From: Candidatus Lambdaproteobacteria bacterium RIFOXYD2_FULL_50_16
GTDB taxonomy: Bacteria > SAR324 > XYD2-FULL-50-16
Assembly: GCA_001783695.1 (NCBI GenBank)
Contig: MFNE01000047.1
Span: forward strand, 3,555 to 67,554
DNA: 64,000 nt
Direction: 5' to 3'
Positions 20,894 to 30,574 of this stretch are shown piece after piece. Positions within the stretch are counted from its first letter, which is position 1; the number at the start of each line of letters is the position of its first letter. The translations under genes and the position numbers were made by a program. The notes beneath the pieces were generated by a model. The model did not search any database, was not told where the DNA came from, and saw only the letters and a program-made list of their open reading frames with translations.

Positions 20894-21385
20894 GTGGATA
20901 TGGGTGAAAAATCTAAAAAAATGTTCGATCAATCTGGGGGCAAGCTGCTCACCTTTCTTATTGGCGAACAGGAATATGGGATTCAGATTCTCGAGGCGCG
21001 AGAGGTGGTCGGGATGATGTCCATCGAGCCCGTACCTCAGACCCCTTCTTTTATGAAAGGGGTGATTAACTTGCGCGGCAGCATCATACCCGTGATTGAT
21101 CTAAGAACCAAGTTTGGAATGGAAAAAAAGGAAACCACTGCCGAGTCCTGTATTGTTAAAGTTGATATCCAGGGCCGCTCGACTGGTTGCATTGTGGATT
21201 TTTTAGTGGGTGTGGTGACCATTGAAGCCAAGGATTTTGAGGAAAACCTCGACCTTGGGGCTAACATTCATACCGAGTTTATCTTAGGTATGGCCAAGCT
21301 GGAAAAACGGGTGATTATCATTTTAGATATGGAGCGGGTGCTGAGTAATGATGAACTGCTTCAATTGCATCAATCTGCCTCGTAG
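20894..21385 (+). CDS. cheW: chemotaxis coupling protein CheW
   Basis: 163 aa single CheW domain. Confidence 0.85.
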   Translation: MDMGEKSKKMFDQSGGKLLTFLIGEQEYGIQILEAREVVGMMSIEPVPQTPSFMKGVINLRGSIIPVIDLRTKFGMEKKETTAESCIVKVDIQGRSTGCIVDFLVGVVTIEAKDFEENLDLGANIHTEFILGMAKLEKRVIIILDMERVLSNDELLQLHQSAS

Positions 21386-21419
21386 CCATAGCAACCTTTA
21401 ACTATAATCGAAAGACACG

Positions 21420-23636
21420 ATGCCTAAAGGGATATTTCGTTACCCCTTTTACCTGTTTTTGTGCCTGATGGCGCTGCCTTTATTGGTAACCGGATGGGTT
21501 GCGGATCGCCAACTAAGTAGCTTATTTAACCAGTTTGCTTTCCAGCTCTTGGACCAACGGATCGACCACGATCTAGCTCGGCTCAAGCCTGGGCCAGAGG
21601 GGCTTGAAGCCTGGGTGGTTTATATGGAGCCAGAGCTGACGGCGCTGTGGCTAGATCAAGACGGGCAAATTCGGGCAAGTAACCTAGGCAGTAAACCACT
21701 GGACCCCCAATTAGAGCGGGTACGTCAGGCTTTAGTTTCGGGAGCCAGTCGTCCCTTAGATGTGGGGCTTTTTAGCGTTGAGCGGCCATTGGACCGATGG
21801 GGAATGCAGGGGCATCATCTTTTGTATTTTCAGAAGGTGAGCCCGTTCGAGGCTTGGTTAGCACCCTTGCGCCAACTGTACTGGTTGATGGTAGGTTTAG
21901 GTGGATTGATGGCGGCGAGTTTGGCCTTGTATTATTTTAACCGAGTTCAAAAACCAATTGCGCTGATTTTAAAGAAAAATGCCCAACTAAACAATGGCCA
22001 AGGGGTTTTAGAAGGGCAGATTGATCCTAGTTTAATTGCCAATACCGACCTGGGCGAAATCATGGTTTCGCGCAATCATGTTTTGGAGACAATATTCTTA
22101 GAATGTACAAGAAACACAAATATCCTCAATAGTATATACGATGGTATTTTTGTGTTTGGTCCCGACAAACGGGTCAACCGGATCAATTTTGCGGCTTCAA
22201 TGATGTTGCAATATTCTGAAACCGAATTAAAAGGGATGACTGCCGAAGAGTTAACCCGCGGCTCCGAACAAGAGTGGGTAAAATATTGGTGGAATAACTA
22301 CCAGTTTAACAGCCAACACCCCTCTTTTGAAGCCCAGTTAACCGCCAAGACAGGAGCCTTTGTTCCGGTATGGTGTTCGGCCAATTTGATGATCAATCCC
22401 ACCGGGCAACTTGAAGGGATGTTGTTGGTTTGTCGGGATATTAGTATTCGCAAAGCGTTGGCTGAAAAGGTAAACAAGCTTTCGTTGGTTACCGAGCAAA
22501 GTCCGGCGGCGGTGATGCTGCTGGATTTGATGACCCAAGTTGAATACGTCAACCCGTCTTTTGAAAAGATGACTGGCTATACCTCTGCCGAGGTGGTTGG
22601 GCGGCCTTTAGCCCAATTAAAAATCGCGACGATAACCCAGAATAAGCGCCTCGCTTTGGAATCCGCTATTTCTTCCCGCGCCACTTGGCAGGGAGAATGC
22701 CAGACGATCCGCAAAAACGGACAGGTTTATTGGGAGCGAATTTTGATGGCTCCGATTTTAGGGGGTAACCAGGAGGTGATGGGTTTTTGTTTGATCCGTG
22801 AAGAGATAACCCAGGCGAAAGAATTAGAGGTCGCCCTGGTCGAGGCCAACAAGGGGTTGGAGCAAAAGGTCGAGCGCCGGGTTGCAGAACTAAAGGCGGC
22901 GACCTTGGAATTAGAGCGGGCAAATGAAGAATTAAAGGGTTTGGATCGTCTTAAAGATGAGTTTATTGCCAACGTATCCCATGAACTGCGAACCCCACTT
23001 GCTTCGGTGATGGGTTACGCCGAAGGAATGCTTGAATGCCAAATGGAACGCGAGGTGGAAGAGCGTTTCTTAAAGGTGATATTGTCCGAGTCCGAGCGAT
23101 TGCTCAGATTAATTAATGAAGTATTGGAGCTTTCCACAATCGAGTTAGGAAATCAGGAATTAAAGGTGGGTTCAGTAGATCTGGATCAAACGGTAGAACA
23201 ATGTTGTCAGATATTGGAAAAGTTGGCCGCTGAAAATGAAGTCACTTTTTCTAAAACGGAATCAGCGATTGTTTTTTTAGGGGATCATGACCGTTTCCAA
23301 CAGCTTTTGATTAATCTGATGGCCAACGCCCTAAAATTTGCTCCAGCGAATTCGGTTGTGGAGATTAAGGTTGGTCCTGATAATCCAGGATACTTCCGCC
23401 TGGAGGTGCGCGATTATGGAGAAGGGATACCAATGGATCAATTAGAGTCCATCTTTAACAGATTCCAACAAGCTAAGAATCAAAAAACCGGGAAAAAGGG
23501 CACCGGTTTGGGCTTGACCTTGGCTCGTAAAATCGTTGAGGCTCACCAAGGACGGATTTGGGCGGAAAATGCGTTGCCAGGGGCGAGGTTTGTTTGCGTA
23601 TTGCCTGTCAATTTTGTGGAGAAAGCGGATGTTTGA
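21420..23636 (+). CDS. membrane sensor histidine kinase with periplasmic loop and PAS domains (HisKA plus HATPase), embedded in the che cluster
   Basis: Two N-terminal TM helices flank a ~130-aa loop. PAS-like regions follow a coiled coil. It carries an H-box VSHELRTPL, and N/G1/G2 boxes (GTGLGL). Confidence 0.8.
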   Translation: MPKGIFRYPFYLFLCLMALPLLVTGWVADRQLSSLFNQFAFQLLDQRIDHDLARLKPGPEGLEAWVVYMEPELTALWLDQDGQIRASNLGSKPLDPQLERVRQALVSGASRPLDVGLFSVERPLDRWGMQGHHLLYFQKVSPFEAWLAPLRQLYWLMVGLGGLMAASLALYYFNRVQKPIALILKKNAQLNNGQGVLEGQIDPSLIANTDLGEIMVSRNHVLETIFLECTRNTNILNSIYDGIFVFGPDKRVNRINFAASMMLQYSETELKGMTAEELTRGSEQEWVKYWWNNYQFNSQHPSFEAQLTAKTGAFVPVWCSANLMINPTGQLEGMLLVCRDISIRKALAEKVNKLSLVTEQSPAAVMLLDLMTQVEYVNPSFEKMTGYTSAEVVGRPLAQLKIATITQNKRLALESAISSRATWQGECQTIRKNGQVYWERILMAPILGGNQEVMGFCLIREEITQAKELEVALVEANKGLEQKVERRVAELKAATLELERANEELKGLDRLKDEFIANVSHELRTPLASVMGYAEGMLECQMEREVEERFLKVILSESERLLRLINEVLELSTIELGNQELKVGSVDLDQTVEQCCQILEKLAAENEVTFSKTESAIVFLGDHDRFQQLLINLMANALKFAPANSVVEIKVGPDNPGYFRLEVRDYGEGIPMDQLESIFNRFQQAKNQKTGKKGTGLGLTLARKIVEAHQGRIWAENALPGARFVCVLPVNFVEKADV

Positions 23637-24450
23637 GGGGCTCAACCTTTCGGATGAAGAGTTTCAACTTTATCAAAAGTTGATCTACGATTCGGTGGGA
23701 ATCAATTTTACAGATAACAAAAAGCAATTACTTGTATCTCGTTTACGCAAGCGATTGGAGATGACCGGCCTTTCTAGTTATGCAGCTTACCGTAGGTATG
23801 TCACCGATCCCAACAACGCCGAAGAATTTGTGCAGATGATTAACGCCATCTCCACCAATAAGACCGACTTTTTTAGGGAGCCTCAACATTTCGATTTTCT
23901 TAAACATTATGTTTACCCAGATTTAAGCAAAAAGAAGCAAGTTCGGATTTGGAGCGCGGCCAGCAGTTCCGGTGAGGAACTCTATACCTTGGGGATCACG
24001 GTGATGGAAAACTTCCCTAATCTGGTGAATCAAGATATTAAAATATTAGGGACCGACATCTCGACCAAGGTTTTAGGCGAGGCGGAACAAGGCGTTTACA
24101 GTGAAGAATCGGTGGGGCCCATCCCCGGCCTAATGTTGCGCAAGTATTTTTTAAAGGGGCAAGGCCGCTGGGAAGGGCATTATTTGGTCAAAGATGAGTT
24201 AAAAAAACTGATCCATTTTAGGCGACTCAACCTAATGCAACCCTTTCCGTTAAGTGCCGCGTTTGACTTTATCTTTTGTCGAAACGTGATGATTTACTTC
24301 GACAAACCCACCAGAGAAGATCTGGTAGCCCGGTTAGCAGCGCAACTGCTACCTGGCGGGTATCTCTTTATCGGCAATGCCGAAAGCTTAAGTGGGTTGA
24401 AAACGACCCTTAAATACGTACAACCCGCGATCTATCGCAAAGTTTACTAA
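23629..24450 (+). CDS. cheR: chemotaxis protein methyltransferase CheR
   Basis: CheR N-terminal helical domain plus SAM-dependent methyltransferase domain. The start was set at ATG 23629 (MFEGLNLSDEEF), which overlaps the kinase stop by 8 bp. The ORF-track start at 23536 is an upstream in-frame artefact. Confidence 0.85.
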   Translation: MFEGLNLSDEEFQLYQKLIYDSVGINFTDNKKQLLVSRLRKRLEMTGLSSYAAYRRYVTDPNNAEEFVQMINAISTNKTDFFREPQHFDFLKHYVYPDLSKKKQVRIWSAASSSGEELYTLGITVMENFPNLVNQDIKILGTDISTKVLGEAEQGVYSEESVGPIPGLMLRKYFLKGQGRWEGHYLVKDELKKLIHFRRLNLMQPFPLSAAFDFIFCRNVMIYFDKPTREDLVARLAAQLLPGGYLFIGNAESLSGLKTTLKYVQPAIYRKVY

Positions 24451-24458
24451 AAGGGACC

Positions 24459-24827
24459 ATGGCGATACAAATATTAGTAGTGGACGACGAGAAAACCATT
24501 CGCGATTTAGTCGCGTTTCGCCTTGAATACCACGGGCACAAAGTGGTGACCGCCGAAAACGGAAAAGACGCTTTAGCCAAACTAAAACAAACCGTGCCCG
24601 ATCTAGTGGTACTAGACGTGATGATGCCGGATATGACCGGCATTGAGGTCTGTAAAATTATCAAAAGTGAACCCAAATGGGCCGCAATCAAGGTGCTTCT
24701 TTTGACCGCCAAAAGCCGCAAGCAAGATGAGGAGGTGGGGCTGGCCGCAGGAGCGGATGGCTTTATGGCCAAGCCCTTTAGAGCGAATCTGCTTTTAGAA
24801 AAAATCGAGGAATTAGTGAATGGTTGA
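24459..24827 (+). CDS. CheY-like single-domain response regulator
   Basis: 122 aa REC domain (ILVVDDE...D...K). Confidence 0.8.
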   Translation: MAIQILVVDDEKTIRDLVAFRLEYHGHKVVTAENGKDALAKLKQTVPDLVVLDVMMPDMTGIEVCKIIKSEPKWAAIKVLLLTAKSRKQDEEVGLAAGADGFMAKPFRANLLLEKIEELVNG

Positions 24828-25353
24828 GGTCAACCCCTTTGGGCCTACACGAAAAAATTATCATCTCCAGCCAGGGGAGGTTTTTGTCACTACCGAAGAC
24901 ATGATGATCACCACGGTTTTAGGATCCTGCGTCGCGGTCTGCCTCTTTGACCCAGAGCGCCTGGTTGCAGGGATGAACCATGTGATGCTGCCCCGCATGG
25001 CCCCTGGCCAAAGCCCCAGCACCCGGTTTGGGAATGTCGCCAGTTTTGTGTTATTGGAGATGATGCGTGAACACCGCTGTAGCCCCCAAAACCTCCAGGT
25101 CCACGTTTTTGGCGGGGCCAACGGTTTGGGACGGCTTTCCGCAGATCCCGAAAAATCGACCATGCAGGTCGGGCGGAGCAATCTGGAAGTGACCTTTAAC
25201 GTCTTAAAAAAACTAAATATCAAGATCGACGGTCAAGATGTGGGTGGTGACACGGGCAGGAGGGTCCAGATGGACTGCCGAACCGGGGAAATTCGCATGG
25301 AGTTTTTACGTCGTTTTGATTTTACCCACGAACTACAACCCGCCAAAGTCTAA
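24820..25353 (+). CDS. cheD: chemoreceptor glutamine deamidase CheD
   Basis: 177 aa with MITTVLGSCVAVCLFDP, carrying the CheD catalytic Cys region. Confidence 0.75.
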   Translation: MVEVNPFGPTRKNYHLQPGEVFVTTEDMMITTVLGSCVAVCLFDPERLVAGMNHVMLPRMAPGQSPSTRFGNVASFVLLEMMREHRCSPQNLQVHVFGGANGLGRLSADPEKSTMQVGRSNLEVTFNVLKKLNIKIDGQDVGGDTGRRVQMDCRTGEIRMEFLRRFDFTHELQPAKV

Positions 25354-25360
25354 TAACGGC

Positions 25361-26419
25361 ATGGCTAAACCTACTCGCTTGCTAATTGTCGATGATTCCG
25401 CCCTAGTCCGCCGGGTTTTGGAGGATCGTATATCTAGAGATCCCCGAATCGAAGTAGTAGGAACCGCGAAAGACGCCTACGAAGCCCGGGATATGATCGT
25501 GCACTTGAAGCCCGATGTGATAACCTTGGACCTAGAGATGCCTCGAATGCATGGACTCGATTTTATCGAAGTGCTGATGAAGCATTGGCCTTTGCCGATT
25601 ATTGTGGTCAGTGCCCATATTGAAAAGGACGCTCAACTCGCTCTTAAAGCCATCGAGGCGGGGGCGGTGGAGGTTTTTCCGCGGCCTGCTTCCTTGGATG
25701 AAGAGGGGTTTAAAGAGCTTTGTAATCTGGTGGTGGGGGCCAAAAAAATCAAGGCTGGCAAACCTGGCCCGACCTCTGGCCAAGCTAATCCCAAGTTGGG
25801 GAGTTCCACTCTGCTGAATCGGGGTACGGTTGATGGGACTCTAAATTCAAAGGTCATCGTTATTGGTGCCTCTACTGGCGGCACCGAGGCTATTAAAGAG
25901 GTCTTGACTCGCCTACCCGGCGGTCTGCCAGGGATTGTGATGGTTCAGCATATGCCTGCTGGTTTTACCACCAGCTTTGCCGAAAGGCTAGATATGCTTT
26001 GCCCACAATTAGAGGTTAGAGAAGCCAAAGACGGTGACCGGGTTATTCCTGGCCAAGCATTGTTGGCACCCGGTAGCAAACATATGTATCTCCGAAAAGC
26101 CACCGGGCCTCAAGGGGGCTATTTTGTGGAGGTCAAAGACGGTGAGCCTGTCAACCGCCACAAGCCTTCGGTGGATGTGATTTATGATTCTGCGGCAGAA
26201 GCGGCGGGGAGTAAAGCGGTTGGTGTGATTTTAACGGGTATGGGCGCCGATGGAGCCAAGGGCCTGCTCAAGCTCCGCCAAACCGGGGCCCACACCATCG
26301 CCCAAGACGAGGCGACCTCCGTGGTTTACGGCATGCCCCGCGAGGCGACGATTAACGGCGGTGCTGAACGCTCCTTACCCATCGAAAAAATCGCCCAAGG
26401 TATCGTCGATTTTTTGTAA
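25361..26419 (+). CDS. cheB: chemotaxis protein-glutamate methylesterase CheB (REC plus methylesterase)
   Basis: Start at MAKPTRLLIVDDS. N-terminal REC domain and C-terminal CheB methylesterase (GASTGGTEA...HMP). Confidence 0.85.
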   Translation: MAKPTRLLIVDDSALVRRVLEDRISRDPRIEVVGTAKDAYEARDMIVHLKPDVITLDLEMPRMHGLDFIEVLMKHWPLPIIVVSAHIEKDAQLALKAIEAGAVEVFPRPASLDEEGFKELCNLVVGAKKIKAGKPGPTSGQANPKLGSSTLLNRGTVDGTLNSKVIVIGASTGGTEAIKEVLTRLPGGLPGIVMVQHMPAGFTTSFAERLDMLCPQLEVREAKDGDRVIPGQALLAPGSKHMYLRKATGPQGGYFVEVKDGEPVNRHKPSVDVIYDSAAEAAGSKAVGVILTGMGADGAKGLLKLRQTGAHTIAQDEATSVVYGMPREATINGGAERSLPIEKIAQGIVDFL

Positions 26420-26424
26420 GCTAC

Positions 26425-27504
26425 CTAACCTAGGCTAAGCTTGAGGACCTTGTTGTCGGGCGAGAGGGTATAAACGAAGCCTAGGGCGTCAACTGCTTTT
26501 CTAAGCTGGGTCCAGCGGTCATCTTGGGCTTTTTGGGCGGCTTGGTCGAGGCGACCTTGCCGGTCTTCGCCCTTTCTAATAGCCGTCAAAAAGGAATTGA
26601 GGTCGATCCCTAATTGGGAGAAATATTCGCCGTTTTTTTTCTCTACCTGGGTCGAGAGCTTCTTTAAATCGGCGGTGAAAAAGCTCTTGGGCCGCACGTG
26701 CCGAGCGTTTTCGTCGGTGATCATTTTTTGCACCTGGGCGCTGACCGATTCGGAGATAACCACACTAAAGGTGATCAAGATCTTGATCTTGGTGGGATTG
26801 GCGAAGGGGATTTCGTTGCAAATCAGGTTGGCTAGGTAGCGGATTGATTTGTTTTTGCGCAGTTTTTTTAAATAAGGTGAATATTCGTTTTCCGTTTTTT
26901 TAAAGCCAAAGGAAAAACGGCGTTTGCGACTGGCGAACCACAAATCGTACAATCGTTTGCGCTCGGGCTCGTTAGGCGTGATCACGATGGCCCCGCGGTT
27001 CCCACGTTCCATCTGGAACCCTAACGCTTTTGTTCCCTTGGCCAGCCTGGCCAACTGAGCGTCCACAAAAGCGGCGTTTTGGGCCAACTGGGGTGCTAAA
27101 ATCAACGAATAATAATGATTTAAAAAATTGCTTAAGTCCGCCCCTAGTTTCGCCACCATCTTAGGCTCTTGCTCGATCAGGTTGGCGAGGTATTTTAGAT
27201 GTTGCTCCTCTATCTGGGATTTGTAATTACGAGACGGCCCAATTACTTGGGCGACTTCGCAGAAAAATAGCAGGTAAAACATACTTTTAAATTTGCCAGC
27301 CAACTCCGAGGGACGCTTGGCCAGCTCCGCTTCGACGACCCTTTTTCCTTTAAATCCTTTGCCATGGGTACGGCTGACGGCCTCAATCAGCAATTGATCC
27401 ACCAGCTTTTTAACCTCTTCTAAAAGAAAATAAAGGTCCCCAGTGAAGATGTTTTCTTGGGCAAATTTTAAGTAAACATTTTGTTTTTTAAAGGGATTTA
27501 GCAT
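26425..27504 (-). CDS. hypothetical basic protein (359 aa), no domain recognised
   Basis: Long ORF with good coding character. It is K/R-rich and predicted helical. Confidence 0.4.
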   Translation of the reverse strand: MLNPFKKQNVYLKFAQENIFTGDLYFLLEEVKKLVDQLLIEAVSRTHGKGFKGKRVVEAELAKRPSELAGKFKSMFYLLFFCEVAQVIGPSRNYKSQIEEQHLKYLANLIEQEPKMVAKLGADLSNFLNHYYSLILAPQLAQNAAFVDAQLARLAKGTKALGFQMERGNRGAIVITPNEPERKRLYDLWFASRKRRFSFGFKKTENEYSPYLKKLRKNKSIRYLANLICNEIPFANPTKIKILITFSVVISESVSAQVQKMITDENARHVRPKSFFTADLKKLSTQVEKKNGEYFSQLGIDLNSFLTAIRKGEDRQGRLDQAAQKAQDDRWTQLRKAVDALGFVYTLSPDNKVLKLSLG

Positions 27505-27564
27505 TGATGTCTCTTTAAGGTCCCTTTACCAATAGCAGCCTAGGACCAAAAAGGGCTACCCCGA

Positions 27565-28419
27565 TCAGGCCCACTTTTGCGCCTGTTTGCGGTAGGAACG
27601 GCTCACTTTAAAGGGTTGCGCGATCCCCGGTAGCCAAACTTGGGTCTCCTTGCCCACTTCGGCCTGTAAAACCTTGGAGGGGTTGACGAGCGCGGAGCGA
27701 CTGATCTGCACTAAATGCCCCTCGGCGTGCGCGGCGAGGTTTTTTAAGCTGCCATGGGTCATTACTTGCTGGACCGCGTTTTGAGCCTCGTACCAGATCT
27801 GGCAGTAATGGTCCTCTACCTGAACGGCCAAGAGGCACTCTAGGGGGACCTGCACCGGACGGCCCTCGACTTGTAATTCTATGCTAATTTTGGCAAGGGC
27901 TTTGGCTTGGGTAAGCAAGGCGATTTTTTGTAAAGTGCCGGTGGAAACCATCAGCAAATGCACGAGTGCTGAAACGGCGGCCACCTGCAAAGCGATAAGA
28001 CCGGCCATCTTTTGGACGGTTTCGAGGTCGTTAAACAACAGGACCAAGCCGTAGGTAAAGCCGATCCCCGTGATTAAATAGGGCGCTTGGCTGGCGAAGG
28101 ATTTTTCAAAGCGAATCCCCCGGATTTGGTGATGGATCAACCAGCTAAGGCGGTGCCCCAGAAACCCTAACAGACCATACAAGCCCCAATTTAAGATGGG
28201 ACTCCAGGGTTGGTCCGGCTGGGTTTGTACCAGACCTAACACCAAGCAAACCAATAAAGGGATTAGCAGGCTTAAGAGATCAACTTTATAGCGGGTGAAT
28301 TGACCCATCACGAGTTGCACCGGTTGGTTATTCACGAAATTACCTGATCTAAGGACGAAAGGGAAGGCTGGTTTCACGAAAAACCCGGCTACACTCACGA
28401 AAACGGGCTTTCCCGGCAA
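27565..28419 (-). CDS. membrane-anchored LytTR-domain DNA-binding protein
   Basis: N-terminal ~170 aa with 4-5 TM helices. The C-terminal ~100 aa is LytTR-like (beta-rich, HYCQIWYE...LVQISRSALVNPSKV). Confidence 0.55.
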   Translation of the reverse strand: MPGKPVFVSVAGFFVKPAFPFVLRSGNFVNNQPVQLVMGQFTRYKVDLLSLLIPLLVCLVLGLVQTQPDQPWSPILNWGLYGLLGFLGHRLSWLIHHQIRGIRFEKSFASQAPYLITGIGFTYGLVLLFNDLETVQKMAGLIALQVAAVSALVHLLMVSTGTLQKIALLTQAKALAKISIELQVEGRPVQVPLECLLAVQVEDHYCQIWYEAQNAVQQVMTHGSLKNLAAHAEGHLVQISRSALVNPSKVLQAEVGKETQVWLPGIAQPFKVSRSYRKQAQKWA

Positions 28420-28468
28420 ATAATTTAGGTTAGGATATCGGCAAAAGAAACCCTTTTGATGAGGACCG

Positions 28469-29734
28469 ATGAAAACCCTGTTTCCTTTACTAATGGCCCT
28501 GACGTTTTGCTCGCCATCGCTAAGCGCCCTCGAACGCCGTCGAGACCCTTTCCGCTATGAGTTTTCCTACTATGCCTATCCGATCGTGCAAGACATTCCT
28601 GGGTTGGGAACCGCTTCGGGCGTGGGGGCCAACTTGGTGGATATAGGCGGCACCGATCTGGATTTTGGCGGATTTTATTTAGACGGGGAGTTTATGGCTA
28701 GAGGGGCCTATTTTTTAAATCAACACCTCTTAGAAAAACTCTTGGTTTTGGACCTAGGCTTTTTTGACTACGATGTGGCCACGCGTAGCTTTGACCGCGG
28801 CATCGAATCAGCCCAGGATCAATACATCCTGCCCCAAGTTACAGGGGCCGGGTATCAGGGGCAAGTGACCTTGATGTTATTTGACCGCATGGTCGAGGGC
28901 TACTACCGCAAGCGCTTTGAAAACTATAAGGTCAAGGCGGTGTTTAACGCGGACGGCAGTGAATTTCAAAATATCGACAACTCCAAGCAACAATTCGACG
29001 ATGTCACCTTAGGGCTCCGCCTCGACTACACCGACGACCGCCAAGATCCCAGGGCGGGCCTACGGTATGAATGGCTCAAAAAAATACCGGTGAACACCGA
29101 CGATTTGATCAGCAATTTTTATGTGATCGATCAAAATCTAAGCGCTTATATCCCAGTCGGTAAGTTAAGTACCTGGGCCTTTAATGCCTACCAGTCCCAG
29201 TCGGTGGTGACCGAAATGGCGGAGACCGATACGACCAAGTTGAGGGATTTGATCGGTTTGGGTTGCCAGGCGATCCCCGACCCTTGGGCGCAAGGGGCCT
29301 GCTTGGCGACGGAAACTAAACGGGTTGAAGATCGTTCGGTATTTAACCAATATGGTCGGGCTACTCCCCTAGGCGGTACGCAGCGCCTGCGCTCTTATCC
29401 CAATGGTCGGTTTAATGCGGGGGCGGCCCGGTTTTATGGGACGGAATTTCGTCTAAACCTCAACGAAGAATCCACCCCTTTTGATTATATAATTATGAAA
29501 GGGGTCAGGACCAATCTCCAACTGGCGGCCTTCTGGGAGACGGGCACGGTCGCCGAGACCGTCGCCGAGCTTTCGAACGCAACTTATAAATCCAGCTACG
29601 GCGTAGGTTTTCGGATTATTTTTGAAGGGGTAACCGTCCGCGCTGATTATGCCACTGGTGAAGAAGGTGGCCAGTCCACCCTCTTCATCGACTATCCTTG
29701 GGGTCTGTCGGCGATCGACAATTCAACCCGTTAG
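28469..29734 (+). CDS. putative outer-membrane protein (signal peptide; C-terminal region reminiscent of Omp85/surface-antigen barrels)
   Basis: Signal peptide ending SLSALE. Alternating hydrophobic beta-strand pattern toward the C-terminus (YGVGFRIIFEGVTVRADYATGE). Family assignment is tentative. Confidence 0.4.
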   Translation: MKTLFPLLMALTFCSPSLSALERRRDPFRYEFSYYAYPIVQDIPGLGTASGVGANLVDIGGTDLDFGGFYLDGEFMARGAYFLNQHLLEKLLVLDLGFFDYDVATRSFDRGIESAQDQYILPQVTGAGYQGQVTLMLFDRMVEGYYRKRFENYKVKAVFNADGSEFQNIDNSKQQFDDVTLGLRLDYTDDRQDPRAGLRYEWLKKIPVNTDDLISNFYVIDQNLSAYIPVGKLSTWAFNAYQSQSVVTEMAETDTTKLRDLIGLGCQAIPDPWAQGACLATETKRVEDRSVFNQYGRATPLGGTQRLRSYPNGRFNAGAARFYGTEFRLNLNEESTPFDYIIMKGVRTNLQLAAFWETGTVAETVAELSNATYKSSYGVGFRIIFEGVTVRADYATGEEGGQSTLFIDYPWGLSAIDNSTR

Positions 29735-30564
29735 GGTAGGGTGTGCCCTATGAGTTGGCCCATTTGAAGTTTTTTCCCAGGGATAAATTCATGGGGCACA
29801 AATCGGCCTTTTTGGAAGAGTAGGATTACGGTGCTGCCTAATTGGAAATGACCCAGTTCCGCCCCCTTGGCATAGGCCTTCGCAGGCAATACGGGGAGGT
29901 TAAGGGCAGAGGATAGGCCTTGGTTGGAGCTTAGATTAGTATAGGTGGTTTTGATTTTACCTACCACCGTCGCCCCGACCTTGACCAGCCCCACCAACCC
30001 CGCCTCTTGGGACTCAATTGGGGTCACTAGGCGCTCGTTAATAGCAAACAGCCCACCTACTTTTTCCACCCCGAAACGGTTCACCGGCCACAACTGGCCT
30101 GAAAAATAGCTGAAGCGGCTGACTTTTCCGGCAACTGGGGTGTGGATGCGGTGATAATCGGCAGGGCTGAGGTAGATGGTAACAAAATATCCCTCGGTAA
30201 ATTCCTTGGCCAAGTCCGGCCCTACCAGATCGGCAAGACTGTAATAGATCCCTTTGGCCTGTACCAAAAGCCCGTTTTCTATGGATCCAAACTGGGCAAT
30301 AGTCCCGTCCACTGGACTGACCACCACCTTGGGATCTTGAGGGATCGGACGGCTGCCCTCTTTGAGTTCGCGAGTAAAAAATTGGGTGAAATTTTTCATT
30401 TCACCCAAAGGTTTTTTAACCTCATCGAGGCGGATTTGGTAGATTTGGGCGTAAAGCTTGATCACCGACAGAAGCACTGGTGACGGAAGCGGCGCGTCGG
30501 CGAGGGCTCCCATCAACCGGCTGATCAAGTTTTTTGGTAAAAGTTTTAAGGCCAGATAACGCAA
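29731..30564 (-). CDS. psd: phosphatidylserine decarboxylase proenzyme
   Basis: 277 aa with the LSPADYHRIHTPV motif and a C-terminal GST/GS cleavage-site region. Confidence 0.8.
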   Translation of the reverse strand: MRYLALKLLPKNLISRLMGALADAPLPSPVLLSVIKLYAQIYQIRLDEVKKPLGEMKNFTQFFTRELKEGSRPIPQDPKVVVSPVDGTIAQFGSIENGLLVQAKGIYYSLADLVGPDLAKEFTEGYFVTIYLSPADYHRIHTPVAGKVSRFSYFSGQLWPVNRFGVEKVGGLFAINERLVTPIESQEAGLVGLVKVGATVVGKIKTTYTNLSSNQGLSSALNLPVLPAKAYAKGAELGHFQLGSTVILLFQKGRFVPHEFIPGKKLQMGQLIGHTLP

Positions 30565-30574
30565 GGTCTTACCT

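Noticed and set aside
23536-23628. N-terminal extension of the CheR ORF overlapping the histidine kinase
   Set aside because: The upstream in-frame Met gives non-CheR sequence inside the kinase gene. ATG 23629 gives a canonical CheR N-terminus.
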